From: Bacillota bacterium
GTDB taxonomy: Bacteria; Bacillota; Negativicutes; Sporomusales; CTSoil-080
NCBI GenBank assembly: GCA_017889725.1
Contig: JAGGAE010000015.1
Span: 2,753 to 66,752, forward strand
Reading direction: 5' to 3'
Length of the DNA: 64,000 bases
Part shown: piece by piece, positions 28,067-37,358 of the stretch
Numbering within the stretch: the stretch's first letter is position 1
Layout of the letters: the number at the start of each line of letters is the position of its first letter
Made by a program: the position numbers and the translations under genes
Notes under the pieces: generated by a model
Seen by the model: the letters and a program-made list of their open reading frames with translations, nothing else
Told to the model about the DNA's origin: nothing
Database searches by the model: none

Positions 28067-28945
28067 TTAGCTTGCGGCTGAAGGGCAATGACGGATACAT
28101 ACTTCACAACCGGTGCAAAGCGCCGGATTATGGAAAAATTCCATCGCCTGTCCATGATCGAAGACGGTTATGGCTTTGTTCGGACATAGCTTATAGCACA
28201 ACCCGCAAGTACGGCAACCAGAAGAAATAGTAAGACTATAAAAAAGGGCACCGGAAATATGTCCATTGTCGAATTCTTCACTATAGCGCAAAAACCATTG
28301 ACGCCTAGGCAGTTGCTCGCCAGCCTCTGCAGGTTCCCGTACTATCTCCCTTACAGTAGAAACGGCATCCCCCAACAGCAGGGAGAAAAAATCACGCCGG
28401 GATACCACGCGTACCGGACGTTCCATGCTTGCAACCTGTTCACCAATAATTAGCGGCCTTTTTCCAAGTAACGCTAAACACGTATTTACCTCTGCTGTAA
28501 GCTTCAGTAATTCTTTCGCCACCAAAAAGCGGCAGCTTTCACAGCCGTCGGTATTCACTACCACCTGCCGGTCGGAACTGGAAGCACAAAATACCAAACT
28601 CATGAGTATCCGCGCATCAAGAAATCCTAGACAAGGCCACCGGCTTTCTTTATTCTGACGGTTACATTCTAAAATAACATGTTGCTCTTCGGAAAAAAGC
28701 ATCTCAATACCAGCAGGCGTAACCATGTCACTAGCTACCGCTTCCGCCGGACAAGCCGCCAAACAAAGACCACAGTCATTGCACCGTCCGGTATCAATCG
28801 TCAAATCCTCACTAATACTGTTTTCCCGACAAATTTCACCACAGCGAAAGCAGGTCATTTTTGCAAAGCGGAAGTTCAAACAAGACTCCCGCCTGATAAC
28901 TACCGACCCCACACCGTTTTGCCCTCCCCTCCCGTTCACTGGCAA
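28067..28945 (-). CDS. Multi-4Fe-4S ferredoxin-like protein, 3' end possibly frameshifted
   Basis: CFRCGEIC, CNDCGLCLAACP, CRTCGLCYKLCP, CTGCEVCIRHCP; out-of-frame tail ANQPVCMECFLKSR* at 28071-28027; start uncertain. Confidence 0.75.
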   Translation of the reverse strand: MPVNGRGGQNGVGSVVIRRESCLNFRFAKMTCFRCGEICRENSISEDLTIDTGRCNDCGLCLAACPAEAVASDMVTPAGIEMLFSEEQHVILECNRQNKESRWPCLGFLDARILMSLVFCASSSDRQVVVNTDGCESCRFLVAKELLKLTAEVNTCLALLGKRPLIIGEQVASMERPVRVVSRRDFFSLLLGDAVSTVREIVREPAEAGEQLPRRQWFLRYSEEFDNGHISGALFYSLTISSGCRTCGLCYKLCPNKAITVFDHGQAMEFFHNPALCTGCEVCIRHCPSAAS

Positions 28946-29024
28946 GAAAGGCTACTTTTTTTAGCAAAGCAGTTCTTTCCTTATTTCCCATATACCCGAA
29001 GCGGCGGTTCCAAGCACCTACTGC

Positions 29025-29204
29025 CTATTTTTTTGTAGACTCAATCATTGTGGGTTTATCTTCCTTCTCACCTTCCGTAGCCGATTTAAACTCTCGAATG
29101 CTTTTGCCGATAGCTTTACCTATATCCGGCAGCTTCGATGGGCCAAACACAACCAGCGCGATAATCAGAATAAGCACTAACTCAGTCATGCCTACATTCC
29201 ACAT
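29025..29204 (-). CDS. tatA: Twin-arginine translocase TatA
   Basis: GMTELVLILIIALVVFGPSKLPDIGKAIGKSIREFK. Confidence 0.93.
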   Translation of the reverse strand: MWNVGMTELVLILIIALVVFGPSKLPDIGKAIGKSIREFKSATEGEKEDKPTMIESTKK

Positions 29205-29255
29205 AATAAGCCTCCTCTCTACTTTTATATTAATCAAATGGTAAATTTATACAAC

Positions 29256-30758
29256 CTAGTATTCCACGTTAACGAGTACCTCCGGAGTTCCCTTTACCGC
29301 TGGAAAAACAATACGAAACACCGTCCCCTCACCGACAGTACTCTCCACTGAAACCACCGCATTGTGGCGATCAATAATTTCCTTGGCAATGGCTAACCCC
29401 AGACCGCTTCCCGCTTCCAAACGGCTATGCGACTTATCCGCTTTATAAAACCGTTCCCAAATAAAGGGTAAATCTTCCTCGGATATTCCTTTTCCCGTAT
29501 CGGCTACCTCCAAGACTACCTTATCCCTTTCACGCCAAACCCTCATAGATACCCTGCCGCCATCCGGCGTAAACTTAACGGCATTGTCAATTAAAATTAA
29601 AAGTAACTGCGTTAGTCTGTCGCCGTTTGCACGGATGCTGTTTTCGCCCGCAGCCGCTTCCCACCGGATACTCACACCCTTCTTGTTGGCCATGTTGCCC
29701 ATCATCTGCACCACGCCATCGACTACTTCAGTCAGAGGTATAGCTTCCTCATCCATCGGATGACTTTGCGCCTGTATTTTACTTAAGTCCAGCAACTCGC
29801 GAATTAACTTTTCTAGCCGGACGGTCTCATCGCGCATCAAACGATAATACTTTTCGGCTTGTTGCGTTTCGAGCGTTCCGTCCAGCAACGCTTCCGTATA
29901 CCCACGAATTATAGTTAAAGGAGTTCTCAGTTCATGAGAAACGTTAGCAATGAAATCCCGTCTGAGCTTCTCCATCCGTATCGTATTACTAACAAACCTC
30001 TCCAATTCGCAAGCCAATGTATTAAGCGAGTTTCCTAGTGCTCCCAACTCATCGTCAGTAGTAATAGCAATCCTTGCATTATAGTCTCCGTGAGCCATAG
30101 CCGCCGCCGAAATTTGCATAGCCTTGAGCGGACGTACAATCCCGCTGGTAAGCCACCGCACAACAAGTACCGCCAACGCCAGCGCCAATAAACCAATTCC
30201 GCCAATCGAATAGTACAGCTGCTTCAAAAACTCATCAATGCCCCGTACCGGAGCATGTAGAATAACCGCCGACTCAACAAAGCCCTCATCATTAACTAGC
30301 GGAACACCCACAATAAGCATGTCCTCTTCATACACAGGATGGTGGTAATCACGGATTATTACCTCGCCGGCAAACACCTGATCCAATTCTTTACTAATCC
30401 GGTCTCGAAGACCGGCTTGTCCTTTACCGCTCTTTAGACGGCCACTCCGCTCGGTATTTGCCCTCGGGGTTGAAATGGCCACTATATTTCGGGAACCATC
30501 AACGACCCATACCCTTGCCCCCAAAATACTGTCAATGCTATTAATAAAGCTTTCAAATTGCACCTGGTCAATCCGGCCATGCCGATAATTATCCACAATA
30601 AAACCAATTTCGTATCCCTTATTAATAAGTTCTTTGCTTTTACTGGAAATAAAGTATTCACGCAAAAGAACCGATATGGCTAACGACACAGAGACCAGAA
30701 CTACGACCGTCAACAAAATATAACTATAGAGCAATCTCCGGTGCAATGAGGCTTTCAC
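29256..30758 (-). CDS. HAMP sensor histidine kinase (ResE/BaeS-like)
   Basis: 2 TM, HAMP, NVSHELRTPL, DNAVKFT, DTGKGI, GSGLGL. Confidence 0.92.
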   Translation of the reverse strand: MKASLHRRLLYSYILLTVVVLVSVSLAISVLLREYFISSKSKELINKGYEIGFIVDNYRHGRIDQVQFESFINSIDSILGARVWVVDGSRNIVAISTPRANTERSGRLKSGKGQAGLRDRISKELDQVFAGEVIIRDYHHPVYEEDMLIVGVPLVNDEGFVESAVILHAPVRGIDEFLKQLYYSIGGIGLLALALAVLVVRWLTSGIVRPLKAMQISAAAMAHGDYNARIAITTDDELGALGNSLNTLACELERFVSNTIRMEKLRRDFIANVSHELRTPLTIIRGYTEALLDGTLETQQAEKYYRLMRDETVRLEKLIRELLDLSKIQAQSHPMDEEAIPLTEVVDGVVQMMGNMANKKGVSIRWEAAAGENSIRANGDRLTQLLLILIDNAVKFTPDGGRVSMRVWRERDKVVLEVADTGKGISEEDLPFIWERFYKADKSHSRLEAGSGLGLAIAKEIIDRHNAVVSVESTVGEGTVFRIVFPAVKGTPEVLVNVEY

Positions 30759-31453
30759 GATTTCACCTCAAACTTATAGCCCACGCCCCAAACCGTTTTA
30801 ATATCCCACTGGTTATTTTCTTCCGCCGAAAGTTTTTGTCTAATCCTTTTAATATGAGTATCTACCGTGCGGGTGTCTCCACAATACGAATATCCCCACA
30901 CCGATTCCAGCAATTGTTCACGCGAAAACACTCTCCCGGCGTGGGAAGCCATATGCCATAATAATTCCATTTCTTTCGCCGTAAGCGAAACCTCTTTTCC
31001 CCCGACTGTGGCCCGGTATTCCCCCAAGTTAATTTCTAATTCCGAAAACCTCAAAACTTCCCGATTCTCCGGCTGTTGCTTTGCCGCCGTCTGCCGTCTG
31101 AGCACCGCCTTTCCTCTAGCCACCACTTCTCGCGGATTAAAAGGTTTACCAACATAATCATCCGCTCCACTATCCAATCCGGTAATACGCTCTTCATCGT
31201 CACTAAGAGCGGTAAGCATAATAATCGGCACCGCGGAGAACTTACGAATCTGGCGGCAAGCCTCCAACCCGTCAAGCACCGGCATCATTAAATCCAATAT
31301 TAAAAGGTTGGGATTGAGCTGTTGCACTTTAATAATGGTTTCAGCCCCATCCGCAGCCGTCGCTACGGTAAACCCTTCTTTCCGAAAATATAAAGTCAAA
31401 AGTTCCCTGATCTGCGCATCATCATCCGCTATCAGAACGGTTGGTTCCGGCAT
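30755..31453 (-). CDS. OmpR-family response regulator (ResD-like)
   Basis: IADDD, LDLMMP, KPF, RTVDTHIKRIR, TVWGVGYKF. Confidence 0.93.
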   Translation of the reverse strand: MPEPTVLIADDDAQIRELLTLYFRKEGFTVATAADGAETIIKVQQLNPNLLILDLMMPVLDGLEACRQIRKFSAVPIIMLTALSDDEERITGLDSGADDYVGKPFNPREVVARGKAVLRRQTAAKQQPENREVLRFSELEINLGEYRATVGGKEVSLTAKEMELLWHMASHAGRVFSREQLLESVWGYSYCGDTRTVDTHIKRIRQKLSAEENNQWDIKTVWGVGYKFEVKS

Positions 31454-31552
31454 ACGAACGCCTCCTGCCCCATCTTGCTACTACCTTTAGTATATATGAT
31501 ACCTAACAACTTCACTATATAATTTGAAGTAAAAGGCGGGTAACCCCGCCTT

Positions 31553-31876
31553 TTATAATACGTTATTCAGAGCCGAACTAAATTCGCTTCGTGGCCGGAA
31601 ACCGACAATGCGGGTTACTTCCTCTCCATCCTGGAATACCAAAATGGTTGGTATGCTCATTACTTTATAGCTTTTAGCCAGATCCTGCTGTTCATCAATA
31701 TTTACCTTGACCACTGCGGCTTTACCTGCATACTCTGCGGCTACCGCCTCTAACTCCGGGGCAACCATTTTGCAAGGTCCGCACCACGATGCCCAAAAAT
31801 CGACTAAGACCGGCTGCGTTGCATCAAGTACCTTTTCTTTAAAATCAGCTGAACTACTGATATTATATACCGCCAT
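31553..31876 (-). CDS. trxA: Thioredoxin
   Basis: DFWASWCGPCK; start at ATG 31876 after AGGAGG. Confidence 0.93.
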   Translation of the reverse strand: MAVYNISSSADFKEKVLDATQPVLVDFWASWCGPCKMVAPELEAVAAEYAGKAAVVKVNIDEQQDLAKSYKVMSIPTILVFQDGEEVTRIVGFRPRSEFSSALNNVL

Positions 31877-31967
31877 TATCAGACCGCCTCCTTTTATTCT
31901 TCCACTACCTATAGTATGAAGCAAGTTATTACTTTTAAACCACCGCCAAAGGAATCGGATTACTTTT

Positions 31968-31996
31968 ATTGTAAAATAACGTTTCTTAATTGTCAA
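31968..31996 (-). promoter_or_regulatory. sigmaA promoter of trxA
   Basis: TTGACA-17-TACAAT. Confidence 0.75.
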
Positions 31997-32035
31997 GAAA
32001 CTTCCTTTTATTTTTCCATTTTCTCGTATTTCAGT

Positions 32036-32064
32036 AACAAAAACTTGCCCCTTTACGTACTATA
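32036..32064 (+). promoter_or_regulatory. sigmaK-type promoter
   Basis: AACA-N16-CGTACTATA. Confidence 0.5.
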
Positions 32065-32096
32065 TACAACTAAAGATTATCGAAGGAGGCATATCT

Positions 32097-32213
32097 ATGA
32101 ATCTCCGGAATTTCGGTTCTTGCGGGTTTGGCGGCAACGGTTTTTTTATTGTCATCATCATCATCATTGCACTTTTCTTCTTCTTTGCTGAAGAAGAATC
32201 CAGTTCACTATAA
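32097..32213 (+). CDS. 38-aa Gly-rich single-TM peptide (YjcZ/SscA-like spore peptide; not in ORF track)
   Basis: AAGGAGG RBS; MNLRNFGSCGFGGNGFFIVIIIIIALFFFFAEEESSSL*. Confidence 0.75.
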   Translation: MNLRNFGSCGFGGNGFFIVIIIIIALFFFFAEEESSSL

Positions 32214-32344
32214 TCATCAACTTTTTAGCTTACAACACCTCCTTGTTGTCAAGGCCGGAGAATCGATCCCCGGCCTTTAGCCTTACAAAGTCAAAAGGAA
32301 TCGGCACCCTGTATGGGTATCGATTCCTCATGAAAATCAAAATC

Positions 32345-32563
32345 TTACATATCTGACATCATGTGGTGTTCCGGCATCATGTGGTGTTCATGGGGCATGC
32401 CACAACGTGGACAGCACGTATGGCGGCGATGTTCATACTCATGCCCACAGTGCGGGCATACCTTCACCATCACGTAACAACACTGTTCATACACCTTGAA
32501 TTTCATTTCTCCCACGCATTTTTTAACGCAGCATTTAGGTCTTTTACATCCATCATAGTACAT
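32345..32563 (-). CDS. 72-aa Cys/His/Met-rich protein, probable spore coat or metal-binding
   Basis: AAGGAGG RBS; several CC and CPxC motifs and a repeated MP(H)EHH tail. Confidence 0.75.
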   Translation of the reverse strand: MYYDGCKRPKCCVKKCVGEMKFKVYEQCCYVMVKVCPHCGHEYEHRRHTCCPRCGMPHEHHMMPEHHMMSDM

Positions 32564-32588
32564 TATCTAGCATTCCTCCTTTCTATTA

Positions 32589-32617
32589 TACAATATGCAA
32601 AAGACCATCAACATGTT
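32589..32617 (-). promoter_or_regulatory. sigmaK-type promoter
   Basis: AACA-N16-CATATTGTA. Confidence 0.65.
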
Positions 32618-32662
32618 ATGGTTAATTTTTGCGTTTCTGGTTGCCCTTATCACCTTATCGGT

Positions 32663-32691
32663 AACACAATCTCCCCCATGCACATACTGTA
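32663..32691 (+). promoter_or_regulatory. sigmaK-type promoter
   Basis: AACA-N16-CATACTGTA. Confidence 0.65.
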
Positions 32692-32730
32692 TAGTAAGTT
32701 AAAAACAATCTGACAGGAGGTAAGTATTGC

Positions 32731-33312
32731 ATGAGTATTTTTCGCGAACTATTAAATCCCGCTCTAGTCCGAGAATTAGAGCGCGAACTCAATACTGACG
32801 TACTGCTCTTTGGATTTGATGGTTTTACTTACTTTGGTAATCTGCAAGCCATTGACGATTGTCGAATTGCCATCTTATCCCCCGCTATAGAAGCGGAAAG
32901 CAGCAACGTAGAAATTTTAACCCCCGGCGGCGAGCTTGTTGAAGTAAAATTTGCCCGGGTCGATTTGTGGCAGCTTGTCGGCAAGGGAACCAGCATCGTT
33001 TCCGATCCCATTCATTGTTCGCCCCCCAGCGGTCCTGTTGTTTTACAACAACTCGGCCAGGACGCAGAACGTCAGGAAAGCAGCGATCTTATCCGCTGGC
33101 TCTTACGCCAGCTTGGCGATGACGTTGCTTTAACGACCTTGGGAGGCTTCCTCTTTGAAGGTACCCTAAGCGAAATAGATGATTGCTTGGCTATTTTGTC
33201 GGTGGAAGATGTATTTCTTCCCGGCACCAGTTCCAGTATATCCAGTGACGCTTTACGCTCTGTAGTCGTGAACTTAAAAGCCCTGACATCCGTTTCCGGT
33301 TCAACCAGTTAA
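32731..33312 (+). CDS. Hypothetical acidic protein with two internal repeats, probable spore coat protein
   Basis: LFGFDGFTYFGNLQAIDDCRIAILS versus LTTLGGFLFEGTLSEIDDCLAILS; Ser-rich C-terminus; GGGAGG RBS. Confidence 0.75.
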   Translation: MSIFRELLNPALVRELERELNTDVLLFGFDGFTYFGNLQAIDDCRIAILSPAIEAESSNVEILTPGGELVEVKFARVDLWQLVGKGTSIVSDPIHCSPPSGPVVLQQLGQDAERQESSDLIRWLLRQLGDDVALTTLGGFLFEGTLSEIDDCLAILSVEDVFLPGTSSSISSDALRSVVVNLKALTSVSGSTS

Positions 33313-33326
33313 ATGCTTTTTTCATG

Positions 33327-33358
33327 AAAAGACCCGGTTTAACCGCCGGGTCTTTTTT
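33327..33358 (+). terminator. Rho-independent terminator
   Basis: AAAAGACCCGG-N8-CCGGGTCTTTTTT. Confidence 0.7.
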
Positions 33359-33387
33359 CATGATTACCAGGGAAAGGAGACATTGCT

Positions 33388-34212
33388 ATGCTTTTGGCTG
33401 TCGAATATCTCGGAGAAGTAGGCGTTGGCGTAACCGCGCCGCATTTTTTCCGTGCGGACAACGGACATATTTATGTCGTTAAATTAAAAAACAATCGTCT
33501 CGGCCCAACCGTCTTAGTCAGCGAGTATGTCGCTGCCCGCCTCGGACATATCCTAGGACTTTGCTTTCCTCCCAGCGACCTCATCCACCTGTCATCTGAA
33601 TTCATCCTGCAAACACCACTCTTTTCTTCCGGCGTTGATCCAGGACTGCATTTTGCCTCCCGTTATCTTACTCCAACACAGCACCTCACAAAAGAAACCC
33701 TCTCACTGGCCTCTAATGTTAATGAAATGGCCGGTGTTCTTCTCTTCGACCATATGTTTCATAACCTTGACCATATCTCAAACAAGCGCAATCTATTATT
33801 GCACCGTGAAGAAACCGGCTTCAAAATATACTCCATTGACAACTCGCATCTCTTCAAAGGAGGGCGCTGGACAGTCGCCAAGCTTGATAAATTAGCGAGA
33901 AAGACAAAAATATATACCCAGGGTTTATTTAGGGTTTTACTCAACGATTTCCTTGCCGTGCAAGATTTTCTCCCTTACTTGGATAATGCAAATAATTTGA
34001 CTGACCCCCTCATCACAGAACTTGTGCAAGATATTCCGGCGGAGTGGCTGACCGAAGAGGACGAACGCGCTGCTTTAATACGGCATATCCAAGCCCGCCG
34101 GGACATTGCCGGACAGCTCTTTCACAAGCTTTTAAAACACATTCCGACCAGTCGCGGCGGAACAAAAACTTTTACCCCTCGCGTCATACGACACACCCTA
34201 AAAACTAAATAA
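33388..34212 (+). CDS. HipA-like (PI3K-like fold) protein kinase
   Basis: GVGVTAP..YVVK, SEYVAARLG, FDHMFHNLDH..NLL, SIDNS. Confidence 0.75.
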   Translation: MLLAVEYLGEVGVGVTAPHFFRADNGHIYVVKLKNNRLGPTVLVSEYVAARLGHILGLCFPPSDLIHLSSEFILQTPLFSSGVDPGLHFASRYLTPTQHLTKETLSLASNVNEMAGVLLFDHMFHNLDHISNKRNLLLHREETGFKIYSIDNSHLFKGGRWTVAKLDKLARKTKIYTQGLFRVLLNDFLAVQDFLPYLDNANNLTDPLITELVQDIPAEWLTEEDERAALIRHIQARRDIAGQLFHKLLKHIPTSRGGTKTFTPRVIRHTLKTK

Positions 34213-34288
34213 TACCAGCTTTTTCCCAAGCATCACAAAGCCCCTTCGGCAGGCTAAACCGAAGGGGCCAAACAATAAAACCCGTTTA

Positions 34289-35275
34289 TTACTCTTTTAG
34301 ATTGTTTTCCCGGTACCATTGTATAGTCTTAACCAATCCCGCCTCTAATGGCGTGGCGGCGACAAACCCGAACTGCCGGTGGGCTTCGCCGGTATCGAGA
34401 CACCGTCTGGGCTGACCGTTAGGTTTCGCGGCATCCCAAGATATCGTTCCGGAAAACCCGGTCAAGCGGATTATCATCGCTACCAAATCCTTAATGGATA
34501 CCTCCTGCCCAGTCCCCAGATTTACCGGCTGCACCCCTTCATAACGCTCCGTGGCCGATACAATACCTTCTGCAGCATCTTTGACATACAAAAATTCACG
34601 ACTCGCTGATCCGTCCCCCCACACATTCACAGTAGCTAATCCCTGCTCTTTTGCCTCCAGGCACTTGCGAATAAGCGCCGGAATGACGTGTGACGTTTCC
34701 GGGGAAAAGTTATCACCCGGCCCGTATAAATTGGCCGGCATTAAATAAATCACCTTAAACCCATACTGTTTTCTGTACGCCTGCCCTTGGACCAGCATCA
34801 TCTTTTTTGCTAACCCATAGGGAGCATTGGTTTCTTCCGGGTAACCGTCCCAGAGGCTTTTCTCGGAAAAAGGTACTTCACAATACTTCGGGTAGGAACA
34901 GACCGTTCCAATCGCGACAAACTTTCTTACCCCATATATACGCCCATATTCGATGAGCTGCGTCCCCATCATAAGGTTATCATAAAAATACTTGCCTGGA
35001 TTTTGCATATTGGCCCCAATACCGCCAACAACTGCCGCCAGATGAATAACAATATCCGGTTTAAGCTTCTCATACAACCGAATAACATTTTCGGCCTTGG
35101 TTAAGTCATATTCCGCACTACGGGGAACAAATATTTCCGAGCACCCTCTACTTTTGAGTTTTTCCACAACCTGAGACCCAAGAAAACCCGCTCCGCCGGT
35201 GACTACCACCCTGAGGTGCTCTAAATTCTCCTCACCAACCCCGTCACACCTTTTATTCAACAGCATGATGCACAC
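34289..35275 (-). CDS. fcl: GDP-L-fucose synthase
   Basis: [53 protein letters not shown]; exact start uncertain. Confidence 0.92.
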   Translation of the reverse strand: MCIMLLNKRCDGVGEENLEHLRVVVTGGAGFLGSQVVEKLKSRGCSEIFVPRSAEYDLTKAENVIRLYEKLKPDIVIHLAAVVGGIGANMQNPGKYFYDNLMMGTQLIEYGRIYGVRKFVAIGTVCSYPKYCEVPFSEKSLWDGYPEETNAPYGLAKKMMLVQGQAYRKQYGFKVIYLMPANLYGPGDNFSPETSHVIPALIRKCLEAKEQGLATVNVWGDGSASREFLYVKDAAEGIVSATERYEGVQPVNLGTGQEVSIKDLVAMIIRLTGFSGTISWDAAKPNGQPRRCLDTGEAHRQFGFVAATPLEAGLVKTIQWYRENNLKE

Positions 35276-36338
35276 CGTACCCTTGACTCAAACAAAAAGC
35301 TTCTTTCTCCACTTGCTTTATGTCCGCCTCCACCATTTTATTGACAAGTTCCTCAAAAGATACTTCCGGCTTCCAGCCTAGCTTTTCTCTGATCTTCGAC
35401 GAATCAGCCACCAGCAAGTCAACCTCCGTAGGGCGAAAATAGCGATGATCAATTTTCACAATAACCTTGCCTGTTTGGATATCTATCCCTTGCTCATCCA
35501 AACCCTCTCCCCTCCAGGCAAGATCAATTCCAGCACTTTTGCAAGCCAGTTCTACGAACTCACGCACGGAATACGTTTGACCAGTCCCCACCACATAATC
35601 ATCCGGTTCCGATTGTTGCAGCATTAGCCACATCGCCCGGACATAATCTGAGGCATGCCCCCAGTCCCGTTTCGCATTCAGATTTCCTAAGTACAGCACA
35701 TCCTGAAAACCTAACTTAATCCTGGCTATCCCGCTCGTAATCTTACGGGTAACAAAGGCTTCTCCTCTAAGTGGTGATTCATGGTTAAACAATATACCGT
35801 TACAAGCGAACATACCATACGCTTCCCGATAATTAACCGTAATCCAATAAGCATATAATTTGGCGACCCCATACGGACTTCGTGGATAAAACGGAGTAGT
35901 TTCCCTCTGGGGTATCTCTCTGACTTTCCCGAAAAGTTCACTAGTTGATGCCTGGTAAAACCTCGTTTTTTCGGCTAACCCCGAGATTCTCACCCCTTCC
36001 AGCAAACGAAGCGTACCCAACGCGTCGGTATTAGCGGTATACTCCGGCGACTCAAACGAAACCTTGACATGAGACTGTGCTGCCAAGTTGTAAATTTCAT
36101 CGGGTTGAATCGCTTGCAATAGACGATATACATTAGCCCCATCCGTTATATCCCCATAGTGAAGAAAAAAACGGCCTTCCAACTGGTTAGCCTTCTGGTA
36201 CAGCTCGTCAATACGTTCTGTATTAGCAACAGAAGTTTTGCGCCGCAAACCATGCACCTGATACCCTTGCGCAAGTAAAAATTCCGCTAGATAAGCGCCA
36301 TCCTGTCCGGTTATTCCGGTTATTAACGCTGTTTTCAC
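35253..36338 (-). CDS. gmd: GDP-mannose 4,6-dehydratase
   Basis: [46 protein letters not shown]. Confidence 0.95.
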   Translation of the reverse strand: MKTALITGITGQDGAYLAEFLLAQGYQVHGLRRKTSVANTERIDELYQKANQLEGRFFLHYGDITDGANVYRLLQAIQPDEIYNLAAQSHVKVSFESPEYTANTDALGTLRLLEGVRISGLAEKTRFYQASTSELFGKVREIPQRETTPFYPRSPYGVAKLYAYWITVNYREAYGMFACNGILFNHESPLRGEAFVTRKITSGIARIKLGFQDVLYLGNLNAKRDWGHASDYVRAMWLMLQQSEPDDYVVGTGQTYSVREFVELACKSAGIDLAWRGEGLDEQGIDIQTGKVIVKIDHRYFRPTEVDLLVADSSKIREKLGWKPEVSFEELVNKMVEADIKQVEKEAFCLSQGYGVHHAVE

Positions 36339-36368
36339 GATATCCGCTCCCTTCGCCGCTCATCACCT

Positions 36369-36397
36369 TATGGTATTCACGAAGCAGGAACGTTGTG
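36369..36397 (-). promoter_or_regulatory. sigmaK-type promoter of gmd-fcl
   Basis: CACA-N16-AATACCATA. Confidence 0.5.
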
Positions 36398-36459
36398 CAA
36401 ACTCCCACGCAAAAAACCCCGCCTTACTAAGGCGGGGTAAAAAGTACTAGCCAAATTAT

Positions 36460-37056
36460 CTATTCGGGGAGATAGAACTCTCCATTGAAGCGTTGAAGCG
36501 CCTTTTCCAGTCCCCGCCTAACGGCGTAGGACTGCTTTACAAAGCCAACCAGTGCCTGGTGTTCCCCGTTTTCCGTAATCACACTATCATACAACGCATA
36601 GCCATTATTAATATCCATTACCGTTACATGTAACGGTACCGTAGCCGTCCATCGTTTCAATAAAATAAGCGCATTAGGAAAATCCAATTGCTGATCGGTA
36701 GTCACAAATTGAACCTCAGCTCTTACACAATAATCTACACGCATGTTACGCAACGCCGAAACAAGCGTTCCCCAATCCGTGTTGGCATAATCACCAATTC
36801 CTTGCATTTGCAGCCTGTCCATTAAATTCTGGCCAGATACAACAATATACCTGTCAGCGGAAAACTTGCCCGCCATAGACTCATCAACCATCTCAGCCGT
36901 ATACCCACCGCCCCTGAGCGACGAGTTATTAATCGCCGGTAAGATAGCAACTACGGCTTTGGATCCGTACATTCGTGCCTCGACAAGATGTGGTACGAGA
37001 GTAAACGAAACTACGGTTAATAAAAAACAGCAAGCGGCAATCAGAGTTCTATGCAT
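36460..37056 (-). CDS. Hypothetical exported protein
   Basis: Signal peptide ending VEA, VAILPAINNS (CsgG/TolB-N-like start); AAGGAG RBS. Confidence 0.65.
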   Translation of the reverse strand: MHRTLIAACCFLLTVVSFTLVPHLVEARMYGSKAVVAILPAINNSSLRGGGYTAEMVDESMAGKFSADRYIVVSGQNLMDRLQMQGIGDYANTDWGTLVSALRNMRVDYCVRAEVQFVTTDQQLDFPNALILLKRWTATVPLHVTVMDINNGYALYDSVITENGEHQALVGFVKQSYAVRRGLEKALQRFNGEFYLPE

Positions 37057-37358
37057 AGTTTCACTCACTCCTTGGAATCTGCAATTTTTATAAAAATAAG
37101 TTCCAAACACCCATTATGTATATATATTTATTTTGCCATTCACCGAAAAAAACCTTTTATTTTTTATCTTTTTTAACGGTTAATACAAAAACTTTTCCTG
37201 GAAATAATTCTTTCCGCCTGCAAAAAAATCGGCCATTCGGCAGTTTTGCCCTTCCGGTAAAGGAATAACCCCCCAAAAAAGAGAACAATATAACATACAG
37301 TTGACCACTTACCTTTAGTAAACCTTATGTAACAGTACCAACAAAGAGGTGACATTTT

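Noticed and set aside
32151-32186. (ATC)n and (TTC)n microsatellites as phase-variation tracts
   Set aside because: In-frame triplets coding the Ile and Phe runs of the 38-aa peptide
33388-34212. HipBA toxin-antitoxin module
   Set aside because: No adjacent HTH antitoxin gene; the context is sporulation-like promoters, so it is reported under a different hypothesis
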